Notes: generated by a model from the sequence alone, not told the origin. Positions 18,157 to 27,270 are shown, numbered from the stretch's first letter. The stretch: DNA of 64,000 bases from Vicinamibacterales bacterium (GCA_025456345.1 JALOKU010000026.1:3075-67074); one strand, 5' to 3'. Program-made: numbers and translations.

Positions 18157-19454
18157 GCTGGATGGACGTGTATCGCACGCGCGTGACGACGGCGGCGGCG
18201 GCGGTCAGCCACATCCGGTCGGGCCAGCGCGTGTACCTGACGGGCAACTGCTCGGTGCCGCAGGTGGTGGTCGGGGCGCTCGTCGACCACGCGATGGGCC
18301 TGCAGGACGTGGAGTTGTGCCAGATCCTGACGTTCGGCAAGGCCGACTACGCGAAGCCCGAGCTGGCGGGGCACCTGCGCATCAACACCATGTTCCTCAG
18401 CGACACCCAGCGGGCCGCCGTGCACGAGGGGCGGGGCGACTTCACGCCGTGCTTCCTGTCGGAGGTGCCGCTGCTCTTCAAGAACGGCCACCTGCCGCTT
18501 GACGCCGCGCTCATCCACGTGAGCCCGCCCGACGAGCATGGGTTCTGTTCGTACGGCGTGGAGGTCAGCTCCACGAAGACCGCCGCCCAGTCCGCGAAGC
18601 TGGTCATCGCGGAAGTCAACCCGAAGATGCCCCGGACGCTCGGCGACGCCTTCATCCACGTCTCCAAGATCCACCACATCGTCGAGGTCGACTACCCGCT
18701 CCCGGCGGTGAGCATGGCCGGCACGTCGGAACTGGCCCAGCGGATCGCGGCGCACGTGGCGGCGCTCATTCCGGACGGCGCCACCCTGCAGACCGGCATC
18801 GGCGCCATTCCCGACTCGGTGCTGAGGCTGCTGACCGACCGCAAGCACCTCGGCGTGCACACCGAGCTCTTCTCCGACGGCGTGATCGATCTGGTCGAGC
18901 GCGGCGTCGTCGACGGCGAGATGAAAACGCTGCATTCGGGCAAGATCATCGCGGGGTTCATGATTGGCACGCAGCGGCTCTACGATTTCGTGCACGACAA
19001 CCCGATTATCGAGATGCACCCGACCGAGTACGTCAACGACCCGTTCATCGTGGCGCAGAACGACCGGATGGTGGCCATCAACTCGGCGATCGAAGTGGAT
19101 CTGACCGGCCAGGTGTGCGCGGACAGCATCGGCCCGCGAATCTACAGCGGGGTCGGCGGGCAGGTCGACATGATTTATGGCGCGTCGCGGAGCAAGGGCG
19201 GCCTGCCCATTATCGCGCTCCCGTCGACGGCGGTCGTGAAGGGCCGGAACATCAGCAAGATCGTCGCGATGCTCAAGCACGGCGCGGGCGTGGTCACCAC
19301 CCGCAACCACGTGCACTACGTGGCCACGGAGTTCGGCGTCGCCCATCTATACGGCAAAACGATCCGGCAGCGCGCGCGTTCGCTCATCGACATCGCCGCG
19401 CCGGAATTCAGGGCCGAGCTGGAGCAGAAGGCAATTGAGCTGAGATACCTGTAG
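18153..19454 (+). CDS. Acetyl-CoA hydrolase/transferase family protein (4-hydroxybutyrate / succinyl-CoA:acetate CoA-transferase-like)
   Basis: GTG overlaps the ald stop (GTGA). Motifs LHTELFSDG, INSAIEVDLTGQVCADS and GGQVDMIYGA. Confidence 0.8.
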   Translation: MSWMDVYRTRVTTAAAAVSHIRSGQRVYLTGNCSVPQVVVGALVDHAMGLQDVELCQILTFGKADYAKPELAGHLRINTMFLSDTQRAAVHEGRGDFTPCFLSEVPLLFKNGHLPLDAALIHVSPPDEHGFCSYGVEVSSTKTAAQSAKLVIAEVNPKMPRTLGDAFIHVSKIHHIVEVDYPLPAVSMAGTSELAQRIAAHVAALIPDGATLQTGIGAIPDSVLRLLTDRKHLGVHTELFSDGVIDLVERGVVDGEMKTLHSGKIIAGFMIGTQRLYDFVHDNPIIEMHPTEYVNDPFIVAQNDRMVAINSAIEVDLTGQVCADSIGPRIYSGVGGQVDMIYGASRSKGGLPIIALPSTAVVKGRNISKIVAMLKHGAGVVTTRNHVHYVATEFGVAHLYGKTIRQRARSLIDIAAPEFRAELEQKAIELRYL

Positions 19455-19561
19455 GGGCAAGGGGTAGGGGATAGGGGAGAGGGGATAGGGGATAGGGGAG
19501 AGGGGAGAGGGGAGAGGGGACAGGGGAGAGGGGATAGGGAGGGGACAGGGGAGAGGGGAGC
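19454..19561 (+). repeat. Tandem heptamer array (GGGGAKA)n, 15 G4 tracts, G-quadruplex-type
   Basis: Read directly: GGGGCAA GGGGTA GGGGATA GGGGAGA GGGGATA GGGGATA GGGGAGA x3 GGGGACA GGGGAGA GGGGATA GGGA GGGGACA GGGGAGA GGGGAGC. The first G is the last base of the TAG stop at 19452-19454. Confidence 0.95.
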
Positions 19562-19618
19562 GGACTTGAGGTTCGCGACCCCGTGATCCTGGCGCGGATC
19601 GGATCGCTTCAGGACGAG

Positions 19619-20419
19619 CTAGCGCGGGCCGTACCAGTACCGGTGCGCGGCGTCGTCGCGGCCGCGGAGCATCTCCCAGCCGATGCGGAAGGGCATCGTG
19701 AAGTAGTGCCAGTCCCCGTAGCGGTCGAACTTGCGTGTGGAAAAGACAGCCGGTGCCCTGGTCGCGCCTTCCAGCCGCCGCCCGCTGCGCCAGCCCCGCC
19801 GCCTGAGATCGAACAGCAACCACACGTCCTCGCCCCAGCGATAGTCCTCGCGGTAGCCGCCGATGGCCTCGAAATCGGCCCTCGCGCAGAACACCACGCC
19901 GGTGTCCATCCCCGGGTGCCGCAGCGCGCGGATTCCGCGGAACGCCAGCCCGAGCAGCGCGATGCCTGTGAACGTGCACCGCAATCCCGCTGACTGTCGT
20001 TCGAAGACGGCGCCGGTCGTTCCGCCGATCACCCTGCCGCTGTCGAGCAGGCCGTCGATCGTGTTGAACGTCTCGGGATGGACCTGCGAGTCGGCGTCGA
20101 CGAACGCCAGGATGGTGCCGCGGGCCTCCCGCGCGCCGGCGTTGCGCGCCCGGGCGATGCGGCGCGCTCCGGCCGCGACCGTGCGGCAGCCCCGCTCTCG
20201 CGCAATGCCTGCGGTCGCATCCGTTGAACCGTCGTCCGCGACGATGACTTCGATCGACTCCGGCCCGCCGTCGTACAGCACCCGAGCGCGGTCGACGGAA
20301 TCCAGCAGGCGGGGCAGCAACGCCTCCTCGTTGCAGGCCGGGATGACGAGGGAGAACCTCGGAGGCGACGGCGCCACCGGGCGTCCCTCAGACATGCGCC
20401 CTTCGGTCGACTCAGCCAT
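19619..20419 (-). CDS. Glycosyltransferase family 2
   Basis: FSLVIPACNEE, DDGSTD and FVDADS (DxD) motifs. Confidence 0.85.
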   Translation of the reverse strand: MAESTEGRMSEGRPVAPSPPRFSLVIPACNEEALLPRLLDSVDRARVLYDGGPESIEVIVADDGSTDATAGIARERGCRTVAAGARRIARARNAGAREARGTILAFVDADSQVHPETFNTIDGLLDSGRVIGGTTGAVFERQSAGLRCTFTGIALLGLAFRGIRALRHPGMDTGVVFCARADFEAIGGYREDYRWGEDVWLLFDLRRRGWRSGRRLEGATRAPAVFSTRKFDRYGDWHYFTMPFRIGWEMLRGRDDAAHRYWYGPR

Positions 20420-20425
20420 CGCAGG

Positions 20426-20914
20426 TCAGTAGAGGAACGGCACGAGCTTGCGCACGCGGCGCTGATAGCCCGCGTACGACGGGAACTTCTCCACGAGCCA
20501 CCGCTCTTCGCGGCGCGCCTTCGCGTCGAACAGCAGGAACAGCAGCGCCGCATACACGAGCGTGAGCCAGCCATGGCGCCAGATGGCCCACCCGAAGGCG
20601 ATGAACACGGCTCCGCTGTAGATCGGGTGGCGGACAAACCGGTACGGCCCGGTGTGGAGGAGCGTGCCGCCTTCGGGCGGGTACGGCAGGGCCTGGAGCC
20701 CGGCACCGTGCATCACGCCTCCCCAGACCGCCACTGCCAGCCCGGCGACCATCATGGCGGCGCCGAGGATCCCTACCGGCTGTCCGCCGGGGAACGGCCA
20801 GGCCGGCCAGCCGCGCCACTCCGTCGGGCCCACGGCGACCAGCGCGAAGAGCACGAACTGGATCGCGACGTACCACTCGCCCCGCTGGCCTCGCCACCAC
20901 GCTGCATCCGGCAC
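20426..20914 (-). CDS. Isoprenylcysteine carboxyl methyltransferase (ICMT/PEMT-like) family membrane methyltransferase
   Basis: 4-5 TM. HTGPYRFVRHPIYSG...EE..L...F..Y..Y signature. Confidence 0.75.
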   Translation of the reverse strand: MPDAAWWRGQRGEWYVAIQFVLFALVAVGPTEWRGWPAWPFPGGQPVGILGAAMMVAGLAVAVWGGVMHGAGLQALPYPPEGGTLLHTGPYRFVRHPIYSGAVFIAFGWAIWRHGWLTLVYAALLFLLFDAKARREERWLVEKFPSYAGYQRRVRKLVPFLY

Positions 20915-20962
20915 GGTCGTGCGCTCCTGGGCTCGCTTTGCGTGCGCGCGGCTCTGGCGCCC

Positions 20963-21505
20963 CTATCCGCCCGACAGCTCGACGAGCTTCGCGACCGTGG
21001 CCCAGTTCCGCATGGTCACCGAGTCTGCGAGCGCGCGGCCAACCGCCGCCGCAATCCGGCTCGCGATGACTCCGTCAGGACACCAGAGGTATGCCGCCCG
21101 CGGCCCGACCGCGAGTGCTTCCGGCGACCACTCCTCGGTCAGCAGCGGCCGGAACTGACCAGTATCCTTCGGGTTTGCCGGGAACGCGAGGAGAATGCGC
21201 GACGGGTTCGTCTCGGCGCCGGGCAGGGGATTCGCCGCCGCGGCGGCCGCCAGCTCCGACGCGGTCAGCACGATGACCTTCGCGGCGACGCCCAGCTGGA
21301 GGGTGAGCGCGGCCTCGATGGCCGCCGCGACCGACGAGGGCTGCGCGCGTGGCCCGGCGAAAATCACGTTGCCGCTGTTCAGCAGCGTCCGGACGTCGCG
21401 GTAGCCGAGCGCCGACACAAGGGCCCGCAGATCCGCCATGGCCACCCGCTTCGCTCGGCCGACGTTGATGCCACGAAGCAGCGCGACGTACGTGACGTGC
21501 GTCAC
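20963..21505 (-). CDS. DUF1697 domain protein
   Basis: GTG start. YVALLRGINVGRAKRVAMADLR...LNSGNVIF is typical of DUF1697. Confidence 0.75.
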   Translation of the reverse strand: MTHVTYVALLRGINVGRAKRVAMADLRALVSALGYRDVRTLLNSGNVIFAGPRAQPSSVAAAIEAALTLQLGVAAKVIVLTASELAAAAAANPLPGAETNPSRILLAFPANPKDTGQFRPLLTEEWSPEALAVGPRAAYLWCPDGVIASRIAAAVGRALADSVTMRNWATVAKLVELSGG

Positions 21506-21507
21506 AA

Positions 21508-21581
21508 CCCCTATCCCCTATCCCCTATCCCCTATCCCCCTATCCCCCTATCCTCTAGTCCCTGATCCCCATCCCCATCCC
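21508..21581 (-). repeat. Tandem heptamer array (GGGGATA)n on minus strand, inverted relative to 19454-19561
   Basis: Plus strand reads CCCCTAT x4, CCCCCTAT x2, then degenerate CC TCTAGT CCC TGAT CCCC AT CCCC AT CCC. It fills the 49-nt gap between the cyanophycinase stop (21555-21557) and the DUF1697 start (21505), and encodes the last residues GMGMGIRD of the cyanophycinase. Confidence 0.95.
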
Positions 21582-22388
21582 AGCCGTGAGCACGTGCATC
21601 GTCACGTTGCGCGCGGCCGAGAGCTTGCCGGCCTCCCGGGGCTCGACGGTCGCGCGCCGGGCGTCTATCACCAGCACCGAACTCTCGCCGATGACGTCGA
21701 AGCGCGAGCCGGACACGATGGCCGCGGTCCGCTCGTCGATGCCGACACCAACCAGCGCCGGGTGTTCGAGCACCAGGCTGATCAGGCGGCTCTGGCGCTG
21801 CCGTTTCAAGTGGTGCTGATCGACGATCACCTCCGGCCACAGGCCCAGGCCCGGGGCGGTCTTCGTCGCGCCCACCGTGATGCTCTGCAGGTCGGCGTCG
21901 CCAGTCAGCATGATCGCCGACATCACCGCCGCCCCGGCGCTGGTGCCGCCGACGACGGCACCGCCGCGGTACCGGCGCGCGATGACGTCCGGCACGCCGG
22001 TCCCCTCGAACGCCTTCATGAGCTTGGCCTGGTCTCCGCCGGGGAACCAGATGAAGGCCGCCGACTCGACCGCCTGCCTCGCTGCCGCCGCGTCGGTCAG
22101 CGGCATCCAGCGCACGTTCGTGGCGCCGGCGCCCTTCCACATCTCGGCGGCGACGTCCCCGGTGTCCGCAAGCTCGGACGCCTGCGGGAAGATGACAATG
22201 GGCGCGGCCGGGCCTCCCGCAAGCTCGAGCGCGCGCTTCAACACCACGTCCGGCACGCCGCCGCCGCCGACCACGACGAGATGGCCCCTCGGGGCGGGTT
22301 GGGCGTGCGCCGGCGCGGCCGGCGGCACCAGCCCGGCTGCCAGCAGGCCCGCCGCCAGCAGCACGACGATCGGGTTCCGGGATGACAC
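21555..22388 (-). CDS. cphE: Cyanophycinase (peptidase S51), secreted form
   Basis: Signal peptide MSSRNPIVVLLAAGLLAAGLVPPAAPAHA. Motifs VVVGGGG, IWFPGGDQ and the nucleophile motif GGTSAGAAVMS. Confidence 0.7.
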   Translation of the reverse strand: MSSRNPIVVLLAAGLLAAGLVPPAAPAHAQPAPRGHLVVVGGGGVPDVVLKRALELAGGPAAPIVIFPQASELADTGDVAAEMWKGAGATNVRWMPLTDAAAARQAVESAAFIWFPGGDQAKLMKAFEGTGVPDVIARRYRGGAVVGGTSAGAAVMSAIMLTGDADLQSITVGATKTAPGLGLWPEVIVDQHHLKRQRQSRLISLVLEHPALVGVGIDERTAAIVSGSRFDVIGESSVLVIDARRATVEPREAGKLSAARNVTMHVLTAGMGMGIRD

Positions 22389-22391
22389 GGC

Positions 22392-23873
22392 TCACCTCCT
22401 CCTGAGGCTGACGATGAAGCCGCCGGCGCCCAGCGCCAGGAAGATGAGCGACTGCACCAGCGTGCGGTACTGCACGGGCGTGCTCCGGAACGCGAGCGCG
22501 CAGAAGCCGACGCCCACGGCGAACACGAGCACGTAGACGACGAGCATGACGAGGCGGGCCTTGCGCCGCGTCTCGGGCGTGTCCGCCGTGAAGGCCCGCG
22601 CGAACAGGATCAGTCCCACCGCCGCCACCACGTCCAGCACGGCGAACATGAGCCAGAACGCCCGCGTGGTCGCGAATGCCTCCGGCGTGCCGACCACCGG
22701 CTTCAGCATGAGCGTGTAGAGGAACGCGCCGAGGTTCGAGCCCAGCAGCGACCCGAACACGCCGTACAGGAACGCGTACCCCATGTAGACGGCCTTCCGA
22801 TCGGCCGGCGCCACGAGGCCCACGAAGCTGTAGTACTTCGGGTGCGCGGTCATCTCGCCGATGGAGAACACGGCGATGCCGGCCACGAACACCCACGCGT
22901 TGTGCGAGGAGGCCAGCAGCAGGAACCCGATCCCGCCGATGAGCATGCCGGTGACCATGGTGGGCAGCGCCGGCTTGTCCTTGACGATGCGGCTGACGAG
23001 CACCTGCAGGAGGATGATCGTGCCGGCGTTGATGACGGTGACGTGCTCGGCGTCGAACGTGAACGCGGCGTTGATGCCGACGGCGTGGAGCAGGCCCGTG
23101 ACGGCCGCGCTCACGGGCGCGCCATCGACGAAGTCGCGCAGGTACCACAGCACGGAGCCGAAGTTCTGGAAGTAGAGAATCCAGAATCCCGAGTACACGA
23201 CGATCATGAGCATGAAGCGCGAGTCGCCCATCACCTCGGCCGCGCCGACCAGCACCTGCTTCAACGTCTTCGTGCTCGCCGGCCGCGGCGGATCCGTGTA
23301 GAGGAACGTCGTCGGCAGCAGCATCAGCGCGCAGTAGATCGCCGAGGCGATGAACACGTACTGCCAGGAGAAGCCCTTCAAGTAGCTCACCACGAGGGGC
23401 GCGAGGAACGCCCCGAGGTTGATCATCCAGTAGTAGATGCCGAACCCGAAGGCCGAGTTGCTCTCGTCGGTCGTCCTGGCGATGGTGCCCGAGATGATGG
23501 GCTTGAACAGGCCCGAGCCGGTGGCCATCACCAGCAGGGCGAGGAAGACCATCGCATAGGTCGAGGTGAAGCCGGCCGAGAAGTAGCCGGTGGCCATGAA
23601 GGAGAAGGCCACCATCAGCATCCGGCGGTACCCGTACCGGTCCGCCAGCGCGCCGCCCAGGATCGGCAGCACGTAGGTCAGCGCGTAGACAATGCTCTGC
23701 AGGAACCCGACCGACTGCTCGGCGAACCCGAGGCCGCCGTCGACGACGGAGCGCGTGAGATAGACGGCCAGCACGGAGTTCATGCCGTAGTAGGCCCCCC
23801 GCTCGAAGAGCTCCATGACGTTGGCGACCCAGAACGTGCGCGGGAACTTGCTGCGGGGGGTGGTCTCGGGCAT
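22392..23873 (-). CDS. POT/PTR2 family proton-dependent di/tripeptide transporter
   Basis: ExxER motif in MELFERGAYYGM. 12-14 TM. Stop lies 3 nt before the cyanophycinase start. Confidence 0.85.
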   Translation of the reverse strand: MPETTPRSKFPRTFWVANVMELFERGAYYGMNSVLAVYLTRSVVDGGLGFAEQSVGFLQSIVYALTYVLPILGGALADRYGYRRMLMVAFSFMATGYFSAGFTSTYAMVFLALLVMATGSGLFKPIISGTIARTTDESNSAFGFGIYYWMINLGAFLAPLVVSYLKGFSWQYVFIASAIYCALMLLPTTFLYTDPPRPASTKTLKQVLVGAAEVMGDSRFMLMIVVYSGFWILYFQNFGSVLWYLRDFVDGAPVSAAVTGLLHAVGINAAFTFDAEHVTVINAGTIILLQVLVSRIVKDKPALPTMVTGMLIGGIGFLLLASSHNAWVFVAGIAVFSIGEMTAHPKYYSFVGLVAPADRKAVYMGYAFLYGVFGSLLGSNLGAFLYTLMLKPVVGTPEAFATTRAFWLMFAVLDVVAAVGLILFARAFTADTPETRRKARLVMLVVYVLVFAVGVGFCALAFRSTPVQYRTLVQSLIFLALGAGGFIVSLRRR

Positions 23874-23939
23874 GCACGGCTCCTCTTGCGCGGCGGGCGG
23901 GCCGCGGCTGAAGCGCGATTCTATCGCAGACGGTAGAAT

Positions 23940-24326
23940 GTGGACATGGCCGAATCACAGCCGGCGGACCTGGCTTCTGCGCGCCTGAAGGCCCAGCGCG
24001 TCGGGATTCCTTCCGCCCGCCGCCACATCTTTCTCTGCTGCGATCAGACCAAGCCCAAGTGCTGCGGCCGGGAGCGGTCCATCGCGGCCTGGGACTACCT
24101 CAAGGCACGACTGGGCGAGCTCGGCTTGTCCGATGACGGCGGCGTCCTGCGGACCCGCGCGAACTGTCTCCGGGTGTGCGAGTCAGGGCCCGTCGCCGTC
24201 GTCTACCCCGAAGGCGCCTGGTACGCCAACTGCGACCCGCCCGTGCTGGAGCGGATCATCCAGGAGCACCTGATCGGCGGCCGCGTCGTGGACGATGCGC
24301 TCATCCTGGCCAGGCCGCTGGCCTGA
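23940..24326 (+). CDS. Thioredoxin-like [2Fe-2S] ferredoxin domain protein
   Basis: Cys clusters [13 protein letters not shown] and [11 protein letters not shown]. 128 aa. A second in-frame ATG at 23946. Confidence 0.7.
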   Translation: MDMAESQPADLASARLKAQRVGIPSARRHIFLCCDQTKPKCCGRERSIAAWDYLKARLGELGLSDDGGVLRTRANCLRVCESGPVAVVYPEGAWYANCDPPVLERIIQEHLIGGRVVDDALILARPLA

Positions 24327-24344
24327 TCTACAATCCGGATCAAG

Positions 24345-25763
24345 ATGGGATCGACACTGCTCGGAAAAGTCTGGGACCTGCACACCGTCCGCCGCCTGCC
24401 GACGGGCCAGACGCAACTCCTCGTCGGCCTGCACCTGGTGCACGAAGTGACGAGCCCGCAGGCCTTCGACATGCTCCGGCTCCGAGGCCAGGCGGTGGCC
24501 TTGCCGGACCGCACGTTCGCGACGGTCGATCACATCGTGCCGACCGACGGGCAGGCGCGCCCTTTCGCCGATGGGATGGCGGAGCAGATGATGGCGGCCC
24601 TCGAGCGGAATTGCCGCGAGTTCGGCGTCCCGCTGTTCGGCCTGGAGAGTGACGATCAGGGCATCGTCCATGTCATTGGTCCCGAACTCGGCCTGACGCA
24701 GCCCGGGATGACGATTGCCTGCGGCGACAGCCATACGTCCACGCACGGGGCCTTCGGGGCGGTGGCCTTCGGCATCGGCACCTCCCAGGTCAGGGACGTG
24801 CTCGCGTCGCAGTGCCTCGCCATGGACCCGCTGAAGGTGCGCCGCATCATGGTGAGCGGCGCGCTCGAGCCCGGCGTCTACGCCAAAGACGTCATCCTCG
24901 CGATCATCCGCACGCTCGGCGTGCAGGGCGGCGTCGGGTTCGCCTACGAGTACGCCGGGCCCGTCGTCGATCGGATGACGATGGACGAACGGATGACACT
25001 GTGCAACATGTCCATCGAGGGCGGGGCGCGCGTGGGGTACGTCAACCCGGACGGCACGACGGTGGCCTACCTGAAGGGGCGCCGGTTCGCGCCCGCCGGC
25101 GACGCGTTCGACCGGGCCGCCGCGTGGTGGCGTTCGATCGCGTCGGACCCGGATGCCGCGTACGACGACGAGGTCCTCGTGGACGGCGGAGGCCTGCGCC
25201 CGATGGTGACCTGGGGCACGAATCCGGGGCAATCGGCGGCCGTCGACGAGCGCGTGCCCGGGCCGGCCGACGTGGCGGAGCCGGAGCGAGCGGCCGTCGC
25301 AGACGCGCTGGCTTACATGGGGCTCGAGGCGGGGAGGCACATCGAGGGCACCAGGGTGGACGTGGCCTTCATTGGCTCCTGCACGAACGGCCGGTTGTCG
25401 GACCTGCAGGAGGCGGCGCGCGTCGTGCGGGGCCGTCGCGTCGCGTCGCATGTGCGCGGCCTGGTCGTGCCAGGCTCGAAGCGGGTCCGCGACGCCGCCG
25501 AGCGCGAAGGGCTGCACGAGGTGTTCCGAGAGGCCGGGCTCGAGTGGCGGCAGGCCGGGTGCTCGATGTGCCTGGCGATGAACCCGGACCGCCTCCAGGG
25601 CCGCGAGGTGTGCGCGTCCTCGTCGAACCGCAACTTCAAGGGCCGGCAGGGCAGTCCGACCGGGCGCACGCTGCTCATGAGCCCGGCGATGGTGGCCGCC
25701 GCGGCCGTGGCGGGCGAGGTGACCGACGTGCGGCGCCTGCTGCGGCACACGGAGGGATCATGA
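24345..25763 (+). CDS. leuC: 3-isopropylmalate dehydratase large subunit
   Basis: [18 protein letters not shown] and IGSCTNGR aconitase-family Fe-S ligand motifs. Confidence 0.93.
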   Translation: MGSTLLGKVWDLHTVRRLPTGQTQLLVGLHLVHEVTSPQAFDMLRLRGQAVALPDRTFATVDHIVPTDGQARPFADGMAEQMMAALERNCREFGVPLFGLESDDQGIVHVIGPELGLTQPGMTIACGDSHTSTHGAFGAVAFGIGTSQVRDVLASQCLAMDPLKVRRIMVSGALEPGVYAKDVILAIIRTLGVQGGVGFAYEYAGPVVDRMTMDERMTLCNMSIEGGARVGYVNPDGTTVAYLKGRRFAPAGDAFDRAAAWWRSIASDPDAAYDDEVLVDGGGLRPMVTWGTNPGQSAAVDERVPGPADVAEPERAAVADALAYMGLEAGRHIEGTRVDVAFIGSCTNGRLSDLQEAARVVRGRRVASHVRGLVVPGSKRVRDAAEREGLHEVFREAGLEWRQAGCSMCLAMNPDRLQGREVCASSSNRNFKGRQGSPTGRTLLMSPAMVAAAAVAGEVTDVRRLLRHTEGS

Positions 25764-26362
25764 CGATCACGGGCAGGGCCGTCGCGCTGCGCGGCGAGGA
25801 CGTCGACACCGACCGCATCATGCCGGCGCGGTTCCTGCGGGCCGTGAGCTTCGACGGCCTCGAAGCGCACGTGTTCGAGGACGACCGCCGGGCCGAGGCC
25901 GCCGCCGGCGCCCGCCACCCGTTCGACGATCCGGCGCGCGCGGGCGCCGCCGTGCTCCTCGTCAACAGGAACTTCGGCTGCGGGTCGTCGCGGGAGCACG
26001 CGCCGCAGGCCCTGGCGCGATGGGGCGTGCGCGCCATTGTCGGCGAGTCCTTCGCGGAGATCTTCTTCAGCAACGCGACCGCGCTCGGCGTGCCCTGCGT
26101 CAGCGTGCGCCCGGACGCGGTGCGGGACCTGATGGCGCTGGTGGAACGCGACGCCGCCGCCATCGTCTCGGTGGACCTCGAGGGCCTGACCGTGCGCGGC
26201 GGCGGGATCGACGCGGTCTGCACCATGCCGGCTGCCGCACGAGGCGCCTTCCTCGCCGGCACCTGGGACGCCACGGCGCTCCTCACGGCCGACTTCGACG
26301 CCGTGCGCGCGGCGGCCGCCCGCCTGCCCTACGTCAGCGGATTCCGACCCGCCCGGGCCTGA
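25760..26362 (+). CDS. leuD: 3-isopropylmalate dehydratase small subunit
   Basis: ATGA overlap with leu[14 protein letters not shown] and [12 protein letters not shown] motifs. Confidence 0.9.
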   Translation: MTITGRAVALRGEDVDTDRIMPARFLRAVSFDGLEAHVFEDDRRAEAAAGARHPFDDPARAGAAVLLVNRNFGCGSSREHAPQALARWGVRAIVGESFAEIFFSNATALGVPCVSVRPDAVRDLMALVERDAAAIVSVDLEGLTVRGGGIDAVCTMPAAARGAFLAGTWDATALLTADFDAVRAAAARLPYVSGFRPARA

Positions 26363-26371
26363 CGCGCCTCG

Positions 26372-27259
26372 CTACGGATTGACCGTCAACTCCTGGACCA
26401 CGCGCAGGAATTCGTGCGCCGCGTGCGAGTGGGCGCTCGTCTTGCGATACACGAGGCGCAGCCGGCGCTTGAGGTGAAGCTCCGGCACGTTGACGGCCAC
26501 CAGTTCGCGGCGCGACAGTTCCGCGACCGCGCACCGGCGGGGCAGAATCGCGATACCCAGGCCCATGCTGACGCCGCGCTTGATCGCGTCGAGGCTCGGG
26601 AGTGACACGCGAATGTTGAGGGGCTCGTGGCGTTGCTCGTAGATGCGCAGCACCCGGTCGCGCGCCGGCGACGGGTCGTTGTGCGCCACAATCGGCTGCC
26701 GGCCGACCTCCGCCATGGGCACGGCGCGGCGCTTGGCGAAGGGATGCGTGGGCGTCACCAGCAGGACGAGGTCGTCGGCGTCGACGACCACGGTGCCCAG
26801 GCCGCGCTCGGTCGGCAGGAACGTGAGGATGCCGAAGTCGAGGCTGCCGGTCGCCACCTCGGCGCCGATGCGGCGGGCGTGGACGCGCCTGACGTCGACG
26901 TGGACGCCCGGGTGGCGCTCGTGGAAGCCGGCGATGAGGGGCAGGAGGCTGTGGACCGTGCCGTCGTTGGCGCCGATGAGGACCCGGCCCCGCTGCAGGT
27001 CGGCGAGTTCACGTACCGCCGTCTCCGCGTCGCCGGCGAGGCGCATCAGCCGCTCGGCGTAGTCCTGGAGCACGCGGCCGGCCTCGGTCAGGCGGCCGTC
27101 CTTCGTCGAGCGGTCCACCAGACGCTCGCCCAGCTCGTCTTCGAGGCGGCGCAAGGCCTGGCTCACCGCGGACTGGGTCCGGTGAAGCCGGTGGGCGGCC
27201 TTCGAGAAGCTCCGCTCGGAGGCGACGGCGAGGAAGACCTCGAGTTCCGGGATGTTCAT
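26372..27259 (-). CDS. LysR family transcriptional regulator
   Basis: N-terminal HTH LEVFLAVASERSFSKAAHRLHRTQSAVSQALRRLE. Divergent from leuA. Confidence 0.9.
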   Translation of the reverse strand: MNIPELEVFLAVASERSFSKAAHRLHRTQSAVSQALRRLEDELGERLVDRSTKDGRLTEAGRVLQDYAERLMRLAGDAETAVRELADLQRGRVLIGANDGTVHSLLPLIAGFHERHPGVHVDVRRVHARRIGAEVATGSLDFGILTFLPTERGLGTVVVDADDLVLLVTPTHPFAKRRAVPMAEVGRQPIVAHNDPSPARDRVLRIYEQRHEPLNIRVSLPSLDAIKRGVSMGLGIAILPRRCAVAELSRRELVAVNVPELHLKRRLRLVYRKTSAHSHAAHEFLRVVQELTVNP

Positions 27260-27270
27260 CGATTAGCGCT

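Noticed and set aside
19454-19561. CRISPR array or telomere-like replicon end
   Set aside because: The unit is only 7 nt with no spacers, and no cas genes are present. The arrays are internal, flanked by ordinary housekeeping-type genes on both sides.
19347-21565. ORFs translating the heptamer arrays (PLSPIPYPLSP..., 19347-19979 minus and 20573-21565 plus)
   Set aside because: The Pro/Leu/Ser repeats are simply the translated GGGGATA/TATCCCC arrays joined to antisense sequence of real genes.
21532-23958. 808-aa minus-strand ORF overlapping the cyanophycinase and POT genes
   Set aside because: It is an alternative frame of the same strand. The POT (ExxER) and S51 (GTSAGA) frames are the real ones.
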